From: an uncultured bacterium
Lineage (GTDB): Bacteria; Krumholzibacteriota; Krumholzibacteriia; Krumholzibacteriales; Krumholzibacteriaceae
NCBI GenBank assembly: GCA_965371515.1
Contig: CBDUYR010000005.1
Coordinates: 1-64,000 of the forward strand
Length of the DNA: 64,000 nucleotides
Reading direction: 5' to 3'
A program made the position numbers and the translations under genes. The notes under the pieces were generated by a model that saw only the letters and a program-made list of their open reading frames with translations, did not search any database and was not told where the DNA came from. Shown piece by piece: positions 46,599 through 55,189 of this stretch (its first letter is position 1; the number at the start of each line of letters is the position of its first letter).

Positions 46599-48068
46599 TC
46601 AGATGTCGAGTATCTCGGACTCGGGAATGCATGCACCCGCTACACGGCTGTAGCGCGTCTCCCATCTCAGCGACGGGATCATCTGCTCTCCACTCCTGCG
46701 ACAAGCCTCGTGGAACTTCTCGTGCACATTTTTCATCATGTCCTCGATATCTTCGGGACACTTGCCTACGATGAAGTGGACCCACGACGAACCGCCCTCT
46801 CCCTTCGAGACTACGTGTTCGTTCGACAGGACCGAGCACATCACGCTCTCCAGCGTGCCGACCATCCTGGAGGCATTGTCGGAGGCTCCGACCATCCGCA
46901 TATCGATAAGGCAGAACTCGCTGCCGGTGAGATCGGCTCTCTCTATCATCATGTGAAGCGGGCTTACGAGGTCCTTCTCGCGCTCGAATGTCGGTTCGAG
47001 CGGCAGCCTGATGCTGATCGTGTTCCCCGAACTGATGTCGAGCTCGGCGTCGAGGGCATCGGCCAGTCTGCTTAGAACCAGTCCCCTGTGGGCCTCGTGG
47101 AACGAGAGATAGTCCTTCAGGCCTTCCCTGATCGACCTGAGCCAGCCGCTCGACCTCGGCCTGAGATAGATCTTCAGGCTCCTTTCAACCCCGCCGTGGT
47201 AACAGATCTCTTCCTTTATCGAAGAGCTGCACTCGATGAACGGCGCCTCGCCCAGCCAGGTGTTGTACGCCTCGATCGCGGTCACGACGAAGTCCTTGAG
47301 GCTTCCCCTGCCGGTGAATACTGTCATCTCCGGCATACCGATCTTGTAGCCGCGAAGCTTGTTGTCGCGCTGAAGCTTCTCGAAGACAGGCTTCAAATCG
47401 TGTCTGGCCCTTGTCAATGTCCGGCAGACCTTCATCTCCTCTGACTCGATCATGAATATCTTCTGTAGTTCGTCGAGGTTCGCTATAAGTTTCTCGACGT
47501 TTCTCCACCCGATATCGAGGAGCTTCTCCTTTTCCTCACCGACGAGAGGCTGCTCGCTGAGAATCTTGACGGCGTTTCTTATCGCCGTGAGTGGAGTCCT
47601 CATCCTGTGGGAAAGAGAGGTGGCGAAGCGGGACCTCAACTCGTCGAACTTCTTCCAGCGTGAGAAATCGTGGATCAGTACGTAGAAGGCCGCGGGTTCA
47701 CCGGGGATCCCGATCGACCTGACTTCGAGTCCGAGGAGTTTGCGCGTCTCCTGGTCGGACAACGTCACATCGACGTAAGTGATGGCCGATCCGGCCGACG
47801 TGCACTTCTCGAAGAGACTGTCGGAACAGCTTCTCTCGATGATGCCGGCGATCTCCGCGTCGGTCGCAGCGGAGAGTATGCCGCGGGCGCACCTGTTTGC
47901 GAAGATCGGCGTCCGTGTGTGGTCGAGTATGACTACACCCTGCTCGACCGGCTCGAGAAGGCTCTCGAGAAGGGAAGAGGCCGGAGAGCCGCCGCTGCTC
48001 ACGCTGTCGCATGAGGCGGATGCCCTTGTCTCCATTTCAGGTATCGTTTCGACATGATGCGTTGCCAT
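46599..48068 (-). CDS. PAS plus HisKA sensor-kinase-like protein with degenerate ATPase region
   Basis: LLE...QGVVILD....IFAN..A..IL (PAS), then HDFS..K....LRSRF...LSHRMRTPLTAI (H-box variant). No clear N/G1/F/G2 boxes. Confidence 0.65.
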   Translation of the reverse strand: MATHHVETIPEMETRASASCDSVSSGGSPASSLLESLLEPVEQGVVILDHTRTPIFANRCARGILSAATDAEIAGIIERSCSDSLFEKCTSAGSAITYVDVTLSDQETRKLLGLEVRSIGIPGEPAAFYVLIHDFSRWKKFDELRSRFATSLSHRMRTPLTAIRNAVKILSEQPLVGEEKEKLLDIGWRNVEKLIANLDELQKIFMIESEEMKVCRTLTRARHDLKPVFEKLQRDNKLRGYKIGMPEMTVFTGRGSLKDFVVTAIEAYNTWLGEAPFIECSSSIKEEICYHGGVERSLKIYLRPRSSGWLRSIREGLKDYLSFHEAHRGLVLSRLADALDAELDISSGNTISIRLPLEPTFEREKDLVSPLHMMIERADLTGSEFCLIDMRMVGASDNASRMVGTLESVMCSVLSNEHVVSKGEGGSSWVHFIVGKCPEDIEDMMKNVHEKFHEACRRSGEQMIPSLRWETRYSRVAGACIPESEILDI

Positions 48069-48217
48069 CGGTGCATTCCTCGCAGCCAGAGTCTGTCTTG
48101 ACGAACAACAGGCAACGCAAGGTATGTGCCTCGTATCAGCGGCAACTTTACGGAAAGGCTGCAGACTCTGCTCCACAACGTGGAACTATAGGAACATCGG
48201 TATTTCGCAGAATGCAT

Positions 48218-49051
48218 TCAGGGTGTTGTTTTTACAGGCTGAGCGTCTTCCGGATCGCGTTTTCCCTTCCAGGCACCGGGGAACCTCCACGTGATCCCTA
48301 TCTGGACCATCGAGTTCCAGACACGTTCGAAGCTGTCCCCGGAATCGATGCCGCCTGAAAGACTGACGTCGAAGCCTCCCTTCAACCGCGTCCCCGCGGC
48401 AAGCAGGTAGACCTCCCTGTAATCGCCGTTCCTGAATAGCTGCGCGAAGACGGAGAAATCGATCGTGAGCGAGCGAAAGGGCTTCAGCCCGAGAAGGACA
48501 CCGGCCAGAGCGTAGTTCTCGGACCTGTAGAATTCCTCCTCGACCTTCCGTCCGACGAGCGTGTAGGTCGCGGAGCAGCGGAAATCGAACATCTCCGAAA
48601 ATCTCCTGAACTCTAGCCCGGCGCCTCCATCAAGGCTTTCTCCCGCATACGGCCAGAGGCTCGCCGATCCCGTCGGGATGCGCATGTCACCCCTGAAGAA
48701 CAGGCCTGAGATCCTGAGGGAATCGCCTACGATCCTCAACTCGGCGCTGAGAAGCAGGTCGGCAAAGCCGTGATTGTACTGCCCGCCGTGCCGCAGTACG
48801 GGATAGAAGATCTGCATCCTGACATGGGTGCGTTCGCCGTTCCGGAATCCTGTTTCGAACGAAAACACGGTGGAGTTCTCGTGCTCCCCCTTGACAAACG
48901 ACTGCCCGATGTCGAGGATCACACGGGCAGTATCGATTCGCCCGTAATATGTCGGCAGGTTGAGAAAAGGCCCAGTGGCTCTTGCAGGCTTCGGGGCAGA
49001 CAGGATCAATACGATGGCGATAAGACAAAAACTGAAAAACCCAGTCTTCAA
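48218..49051 (-). CDS. Hypothetical outer-membrane beta-barrel (MetA-pathway transporter-like)
   Basis: Signal peptide, GFADL.L, RIPTGS and a terminal IGITWRF strand. Start uncertain. Confidence 0.55.
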   Translation of the reverse strand: MKTGFFSFCLIAIVLILSAPKPARATGPFLNLPTYYGRIDTARVILDIGQSFVKGEHENSTVFSFETGFRNGERTHVRMQIFYPVLRHGGQYNHGFADLLLSAELRIVGDSLRISGLFFRGDMRIPTGSASLWPYAGESLDGGAGLEFRRFSEMFDFRCSATYTLVGRKVEEEFYRSENYALAGVLLGLKPFRSLTIDFSVFAQLFRNGDYREVYLLAAGTRLKGGFDVSLSGGIDSGDSFERVWNSMVQIGITWRFPGAWKGKRDPEDAQPVKTTP

Positions 49052-49062
49052 GGTCAGGCCTT

Positions 49063-49479
49063 TCAGGTCACTCCCTCGAGAAGACGAATCTTGCCCTGGT
49101 TGACGAAGTTCACGATTATCGTCTTTCTGTGGCCGGGGAGCTCTTCTTTCGCGATTACCTTTCCGTAGTCGTTCCACGACCTGTGATAGATCACATCGTC
49201 TACCACGTACTCGCCTGACTCTTCGTATTCCTTCGCATGCTCCTTTTCCTCGTCGTCGAGGTCTTCTGGAGCGAGCTCGGACGGCTCGGCGCTCGCGTTG
49301 GCACCTTTCCCCTCATCATCTTCCGTCATGTAGGGAAGGAATCCTTCGCAGCCGGGGCATTTGAGCCATATGACATCGTTGCTCTCGCCCCCGTCTATGA
49401 TTTCCATATCGAAATCTTTTTTACATACACTGCAATGCTGGTTGATCAGCCGCTTCTTCGCGACCTTGTCGGTAGCCAA
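49063..49479 (-). CDS. Hypothetical protein: Zn ribbon plus Tudor/SH3-like C-terminal domain
   Basis: CSVC...CPGC, acidic linker, Y.V.DVIYH..W..YGKV......I.VNF...G...L. TTG start with GGAGG RBS. Confidence 0.7.
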   Translation of the reverse strand: MATDKVAKKRLINQHCSVCKKDFDMEIIDGGESNDVIWLKCPGCEGFLPYMTEDDEGKGANASAEPSELAPEDLDDEEKEHAKEYEESGEYVVDDVIYHRSWNDYGKVIAKEELPGHRKTIIVNFVNQGKIRLLEGVT

Positions 49480-49513
49480 AGCTGTTTACCTCCACCAAAA
49501 AAGATGCTGAGGA

Positions 49514-49696
49514 TCAATCTTCGATTCTGCAGCAATCGTCCGCCTCGCGCGCGGCGAGATATCTCATCCCACAGACCGGACACCTGTGCTTACCGTCCAG
49601 CCTCCCATCCGCTTCGGCCTTGGCGAGTAACCTGTGGAACTTCACGTAGTTCTTGCTCTTCTGGAGTATCGACCCTTCGTGTCCTTCCGGCTTCAT
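49514..49696 (-). CDS. Small Cys-rich (Zn-finger-like) protein
   Basis: GGAGG RBS; HRCPVCGMRY....EADDCC. Confidence 0.6.
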   Translation of the reverse strand: MKPEGHEGSILQKSKNYVKFHRLLAKAEADGRLDGKHRCPVCGMRYLAAREADDCCRIED

Positions 49697-49782
49697 TGCT
49701 TCTCCTCCCGTCCCTGGACATGAAAGACCCGCACCACACCATGCTGTGGTACCGGAGTCATATTTGTACAATATATGGTGCT

Positions 49783-49811
49783 CTTATACCACCATTCGGT
49801 GCAGTCGTCAA
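49783..49811 (-). promoter_or_regulatory. Sigma70-like promoter
   Basis: TTGACG-17 nt-TATAAG with a TG extension, upstream of the small Zn-finger gene. Confidence 0.55.
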
Positions 49812-49990
49812 CACTAATCCTCGATATTTGACATGACCTGTGGCTGCAGGAAACAATATATCACGGAAGTCCGGACATTGCAAGTGTGTGGCCGTAACTT
49901 ATTGTATTATTTAATATTATGGTGCCTATGGGCAGTCCGTCCTGTCGGCATATCGAAGATTCTCCGGAGATTCGCCGCTGCCGCGGAAGG

Positions 49991-52363
49991 TCAGCGGATA
50001 ATAACAATCTTCTGAACCTGTTCCTTCGGGCCGGCCTTGACCTTCATGAAGTAGACGCCCGTCACGACCTGCTTGCCGCGGTCGTCAAGACCGTCCCAGG
50101 TAAGCGTGATGATCTGCCCGCCGAAGACACCCAGCTCGTACAGATGCCTCACATGCCGGCCCGCCACGTCGTAGATGTTGACGAGGATCTCGGTCTTCGT
50201 TTCGGCCGTCGGAGCTCGAAGCATATCTCTCGAGTCTCCGGTTCCCGAAGGATCGAAATAACTTCTCGGCACGTCTATGCTGAAGGTACTCCCCCTGTCG
50301 TCGGTGGGATTGGGGATGATCGAAGAGACGAAGTTTCCCGCGAGCGGTACGATCGCCGTCTCGGCCATCTCTTTCGACTCGTAGTGCAGCGTCGTCGGTT
50401 CGCTGTTGATAACGACGTTGATCTCCCCGACGACCTGGTAACTGTACTTGTGCCCGGGCATGACTGTGTCGTCAATGTAACGGTAGCGCCTGTATTCGTC
50501 GTTATAGCTGTATGTGCTGTCGCCATGGACAGTTCCAACCAGTTCCCTCGACGACCTGTCGGTCAGGTCCAGCCGGTACACATCGAATCCTGCACCGAAT
50601 ATCTCACTGGCCGTCTTCCATCTGACCTCGATACTGCCGGGCTCCGCTATCGCCATTGCTTCGTAATATCGAATGCCGACGAAATAGACCATGACGCTTG
50701 TGGTGTCGCTCAATTCCACGAGGTTCTCGGCAGCGAAGCGGATCCGGTTCTCGCCCGGGTCAAGTCCTTCCTGAAGGATGATGCCCGCACTGAAGCTCGA
50801 AGCTCCTGTAAATCTGCCTGGAGCCTCCTTGAAGAATCCGTCGTTTATCGCTATCTGGAAGCTCACGATCTCGGGCGCGTAATCGATTCGCCGGTATTCC
50901 TCTATTCTCGTGTTCTGGTTCGGCACTGGTGTCTGTTCGACGTCGACCCAGATGAGTATGTCCCCGTAGAATGTCGTGTCGGATTTGGGAGTGTATGCCT
51001 CGATAACGGGCATCACTTCGTAGAGATCCGGAATCGAATTCGGAACACTCTCGCCCGTGAAAATATTGTATTCGTCGGCCAGCCCGACCTGACCCATCGT
51101 CCACGGACAGATCGGCAGCGGCTCATTTAACAGCGCATCGTTCATGATGCAGGGCCACCCCGCGCCGCAGTACCTATGGTACGAATTAGCATTGATGTAG
51201 TTGAGGTATCCGGATCTGGCGATACACGAAATCTCGGCGCTGGCGGCTTCGTCGAGCGCCCAGAAGACATGGCTCATCTCGCGGATGAACACGTGCGCGA
51301 AATTGAGGCCGCCCCCTAACCCGCACGCGGGATAAGGAACAACCATGTACGGTCCCCCGAGAAAGATCGTATACCCGACGTATTCGCCGCCAAACCCCCG
51401 CCAGCATTCGTTCACGCTCGCATCGGCTACAAAGGCGGTGAATACCCAGTCGTAGAGGAGAAGGCCGTCATCGCCGAGATCTCTTGCTCTCATCGCATTA
51501 TTGAAATAATGTGTCATTTCGGATGCCGGAGCGTCACTCGGGATCTCTATATCGTAGCTCTCCGCCAGGTAGGTGATCGCCTCCGAGATCCAGATCGGAT
51601 CAGTGTTCCAGTCGCCCTCGATAGGCTCCCGCGATACCGGCACACGGCGATGCAGAGAGGGACAATTCACTTCGAACGCCAGCGGCACCCAACGGGCTTC
51701 GTTCTGGTACTGGGAAAGTCCGAGATAGACGTCGCGTACTGCATTGCCGATCTCGTCATCCGTCCAGTTCTCGCTCTGCACGCCGCCCGAGCTCTCTGGA
51801 AAGATGAGATTGATGAGGACATTGCCGATGAGAAACTCTGAGTTCTGATCCATCGCCCTGTCAGCTATCTGAGCGGGTGCTCCTTCTCTCGGGTCAACAG
51901 ATTTCGATACGGTCCTCTCGACGATATCGTGCGGCTTCTCTAAAACGAGGTCGACAAACGATTCCTTCGTGATCGGCCTCGCCATACTGAGGATCTTCTC
52001 CTGATCGAGCAGTCCCCTCGCCACCTTGAGAGTGACAAGGTCGACCTCCATCGGATCGATCTCCGTCGGGTCGGTGACAAACCGGATGTCGAGTTCCCCG
52101 AAGTCGGCTTCGCCGGCGCCTGCGGGGAACCTTCCGAATATCATCGTCGGGGGCAGACCGAGCAGGCCCTTCGCTCCCGCCTTCTCGGCGATCTCCATCG
52201 CCCTCCTGAACGAACCGTTGTCGCCGTTCCTTATGAGTACGACGGCCTGCCTGAGGCCGTATTCGGTCTCGAAGTTGTCCGCAGATGACCTTGCCGGGAA
52301 TATGATTAAAACGGTGAGAAAACAGATGACGGTTATTGCGATCCTCTTCACTTTCCACCTCAC
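49991..52363 (-). CDS. Large secreted zincin-like protein (variant REMSH..WALDE motif) with FlgD-Ig/T9SS-like CTD
   Basis: Signal peptide, FIREMSHVFWALDE...C...SGYL...N.N...CIM Met-turn-like segment; IYDVAGRHVR.L...TWDG.DD.G..V.TGVYF....KIVIIR. Confidence 0.7.
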   Translation of the reverse strand: MRWKVKRIAITVICFLTVLIIFPARSSADNFETEYGLRQAVVLIRNGDNGSFRRAMEIAEKAGAKGLLGLPPTMIFGRFPAGAGEADFGELDIRFVTDPTEIDPMEVDLVTLKVARGLLDQEKILSMARPITKESFVDLVLEKPHDIVERTVSKSVDPREGAPAQIADRAMDQNSEFLIGNVLINLIFPESSGGVQSENWTDDEIGNAVRDVYLGLSQYQNEARWVPLAFEVNCPSLHRRVPVSREPIEGDWNTDPIWISEAITYLAESYDIEIPSDAPASEMTHYFNNAMRARDLGDDGLLLYDWVFTAFVADASVNECWRGFGGEYVGYTIFLGGPYMVVPYPACGLGGGLNFAHVFIREMSHVFWALDEAASAEISCIARSGYLNYINANSYHRYCGAGWPCIMNDALLNEPLPICPWTMGQVGLADEYNIFTGESVPNSIPDLYEVMPVIEAYTPKSDTTFYGDILIWVDVEQTPVPNQNTRIEEYRRIDYAPEIVSFQIAINDGFFKEAPGRFTGASSFSAGIILQEGLDPGENRIRFAAENLVELSDTTSVMVYFVGIRYYEAMAIAEPGSIEVRWKTASEIFGAGFDVYRLDLTDRSSRELVGTVHGDSTYSYNDEYRRYRYIDDTVMPGHKYSYQVVGEINVVINSEPTTLHYESKEMAETAIVPLAGNFVSSIIPNPTDDRGSTFSIDVPRSYFDPSGTGDSRDMLRAPTAETKTEILVNIYDVAGRHVRHLYELGVFGGQIITLTWDGLDDRGKQVVTGVYFMKVKAGPKEQVQKIVIIR

Positions 52364-52474
52364 TTATGGATAATCATTGTTACCGGCTAAAAATAAGATG
52401 CGGGACGGGTACAATCAAACTAAAATGCTGGATTCCGTCAGAGTCATCCGGGAGACTGTTTGACGGTTACGATG

Positions 52475-53239
52475 TCAGTTTTCCGCTTCTCTTCCGGGTG
52501 TAGAATAATCTATGAGAACCGATTCGGTCACAGTCACCTTGGGCCTGGTCTCGCGCGGGTTCCTGCCTCCCGGATAACTCGTCTTAGATGTCCGTTCCAC
52601 GCGGCTTCTTACGAGGCCCCAGAAAGGCACCTCGGAGGAGATCCTCAGGATGCTCCTCTCCTCCTCAAACCGCTCCGCCGTGATCCCTCCCATCGCCACG
52701 TCGCGCCTGTCGCTCCTGAAATACTCGAAGACATCGCACCGGAAAGTCCCGGCCGGCACCTCCACGCTCTCCGCTTCGTGCTCCTGCCTCTGCAGCCCCT
52801 CGCTTCTCTTGAGGAAAAGCCTGCCGATTTCGAAATCCTCGAGTTCCTCTAAGGACGGCTCCCTGAAAGGCTCGGTGCCGTCCCTGACCAGGATATCGCC
52901 GATGCAGGCGTAGAACTCCTCGGGGGTCTTCATCTCTTCCGCTCCGGCGCACAGGGTGAGACGAACTGTAATCGTCTCCGCGGCGATCGGAGGCCAGGTG
53001 GTAGAGGTTATCTCGAGGCCGGCCCCGCCGGAGCCCTTTCCCGTCACTTCGAGCGTGACGAGCGAGCTGTCCCTGATGCCGTGGGCTTCCGATATGATAA
53101 GATACGATACCGATGTCCCCGCAGTGAAATCGACCGAGTGAAGCGAGACTCCAGGTACGAGAAAGTCGACTTCCGCCGTGGCGGGAGACGATGCGACGAT
53201 CAATGTTCCCAGCGCGAGACAGGCCGATATACGGTTCAT
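52475..53239 (-). CDS. Hypothetical secreted protein (DUF3108-like)
   Basis: Signal peptide MNRISAC..., ESVEVPAGTF.C, S.EVPFWGLV. Confidence 0.6.
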   Translation of the reverse strand: MNRISACLALGTLIVASSPATAEVDFLVPGVSLHSVDFTAGTSVSYLIISEAHGIRDSSLVTLEVTGKGSGGAGLEITSTTWPPIAAETITVRLTLCAGAEEMKTPEEFYACIGDILVRDGTEPFREPSLEELEDFEIGRLFLKRSEGLQRQEHEAESVEVPAGTFRCDVFEYFRSDRRDVAMGGITAERFEEERSILRISSEVPFWGLVRSRVERTSKTSYPGGRNPRETRPKVTVTESVLIDYSTPGREAEN

Positions 53240-53255
53240 GGGATCATCCCCCTCT

Positions 53256-54644
53256 TTATCTGTGAGCCTCGGCAGCGCCGGTGCTGTCGGCCAGCGCCCT
53301 GTGCCCCACTCTCGCCCAGAAGGTCTGAAAATCGAAATGCGGGCTCTGCCTGGCGTTGTGGCATTCCCGGCAGACCTTCCTGGCTCTCTCCCTGTATTTA
53401 CCGTTGCGCGTGTGTTTTGTTCCCGGTCCGTGACAGGCCTCGCACTGGACTCCCCTGAGGTTGATGCCGCCCTTCTCATCCGATTCCGGGTCGTATCCGC
53501 TGAACCTGCCGTATCCCGTCGTATGGCACGGAAGGCATCTGGCATTCCTGTCGTTCCCAGATTCTGTGAGCCTCCTGAAGGCGCGGAAGTGGGGACTGAC
53601 CATGAAATCCGAGGCGGTGCCGTCGTGGCAGCGTGCGCAGATCTCCATCCCGATATACTTCTCTCTCAGTTTGCCCGTAAGGGGATTGCGAGAGACAAAC
53701 TGCGTGACCTGCATCCTCTTCCGCCTCTGTCCCTGCTCGAGATGAAAATCACTGAGCATCGAGGCGACCATCGTATCTATCGGGGCCGACTTGGGAAGAG
53801 TTACCAGCATCGTGTCGGTCAGCTCCCACCTGCCTTGCACCGGTGTCATCACCGCCCACCCGAGAGCGCGTCCCTTGTCTCCCGAATAGAGGACGGGGAC
53901 TCCAAGGTCATGGAACGATCCACCGGTCGTGTCGGCGCAGTCGCTCGAAGCCTTCTCGCCCCGCTCGGTATGCCCGCGGATCACGAGATCTATCCCCTCT
54001 ATTTCGAGGAGCAGCGGTTCGAGCATCTCGCGCCTGAAGTGGGCGAGGAGAATAATCATTTCACACCCATCCTCGCGTAACTCTGCGGCCACTTCCCTGC
54101 CCTCGGCAATCGGATCTCTCAGATCGATACCGGTCTCACCTGCCGGCTCTTCGCCGAGCAACGCAAAGATCCCTATCTTCGTGCCTCCCACTTTCTTGAT
54201 GATGTAAGGTGGGAATATTCTCTCGTCCTCGTAGTAAAGATTTGCGCAGATCACGGGAAGGCCCGTCTGCGCCTCCTCCCTTATCGCCTTGAGCTCATAC
54301 GACAGCTCGTTCTCACCGACGGCCACGGCGTCATACCCGGCCAGCACCATCATGTTCGCGAGGAACCGGCTCCTGTACATCTCCAGGATGCCCTTCCGGG
54401 CATAGAAATCGCCGGCGGAGAGGAGCAGCAGGCCGGGGGACTCCGCTCTCATCCGCTTGAACTCTGCGGCCCGCCGGGCCACACCGCCTGAGGCGGCCTC
54501 GCCTCACCCGGCCGGGACGAGGTGCCCCTGAGTGTCGCCGGTGAATACTATAGTCACCGATTCTTCAGTGGAGCATCCCGCCGCGAGGGCGAAGAAGAGA
54601 AGAGCCGGCAGAGCCAGCTTCAATATCAAGGATATCAGCATCAT
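53256..54644 (-). CDS. Selenocysteine-containing lipoprotein: UshA-like metallophosphoesterase domain fused to a tetraheme c554-like cytochrome
   Basis: ATG 54644, lipobox LAAGC, then IVFTGDTQGHLVPAG-TGA(54506..54504)-GEAASGGVARRA in frame with ORF 53256..54482. Also AGD, YDAVAVGENE, ICAN, LLAH, IRGH, and hemes CARCH, CLPCH, CEACH, CRECH. Confidence 0.85.
54466..54482 (-). promoter_or_regulatory. Candidate bacterial SECIS hairpin of the cytochrome selenoprotein
   Basis: mRNA GUGGCCC-GGC-GGGCCGC; the loop starts with G, 28 nt after UGA. Confidence 0.45.
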
Positions 54645-54667
54645 GTTTATGATTTTAACGTGTAGAG

Positions 54668-54703
54668 AAAAAGGGGCAAAGCGAAAATATTCTCCTTGCC
54701 CCT
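54668..54703 (-). terminator. Intrinsic terminator after hup
   Basis: AGGGGCAA/TTGCCCCT inverted repeat followed by a T-run on the minus strand. Confidence 0.6.
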
Positions 54704-54721
54704 GTATAATGCAAACCCCTG

Positions 54722-55015
54722 TTACTTGGCTACACGGCCCTTGAGAGACTTGCCAGCCGAAAAGGCGGGGAACTTGGTCGCCGGAATCATGATGGTCTCG
54801 CCCGTCTGGGGATTGCGGCCCTTGCGTTTCTTGCGCTTGCGGGTCTGGAAGGTGCCGAATCCAGTGATCTGTACTCTTCGCATAGCCGCGAGCTCTGTCG
54901 CGATTATGCCTTCCTTCGGAGCGGTGCTGAAGATCGCGTCGACAACCATGGCCGAATCCTTCTTCGTCATGCCCGTCTTCTTTGCGACCTTCTCGATGAG
55001 ATCAGTCTTGTTCAT
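54722..55015 (-). CDS. hup: HU family DNA-binding protein
   Basis: [30 protein letters not shown]...IPA...PAF.AGK.LK. Confidence 0.95.
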   Translation of the reverse strand: MNKTDLIEKVAKKTGMTKKDSAMVVDAIFSTAPKEGIIATELAAMRRVQITGFGTFQTRKRKKRKGRNPQTGETIMIPATKFPAFSAGKSLKGRVAK

Positions 55016-55055
55016 TTCGTATCACCTCCTTCGTTTTCGTAATTGGACTGGCGCC

Positions 55056-55084
55056 AGATTAGCGCGGCCTTATGGGGTTGTCAA
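55056..55084 (-). promoter_or_regulatory. Sigma70-like promoter of hup
   Basis: TTGACA-17 nt-TAATCT. Confidence 0.65.
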
Positions 55085-55189
55085 GACTTTTATGTCTGTT
55101 TTTCCCGTTCTCATCACTATTTTCAGGTGTGCGCCGCCTGTAGACCGCAACAGTACAGGGAAAATACATACCGGCCCAAACAAGATTCA

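Noticed and set aside
54483..54644. Separate short peptide gene plus a cytochrome starting at GTG 54482
   Set aside because: The downstream ORF would lack an export signal, which c-type heme attachment requires, and the first phosphoesterase motif. Both lie in frame upstream of a single TGA.
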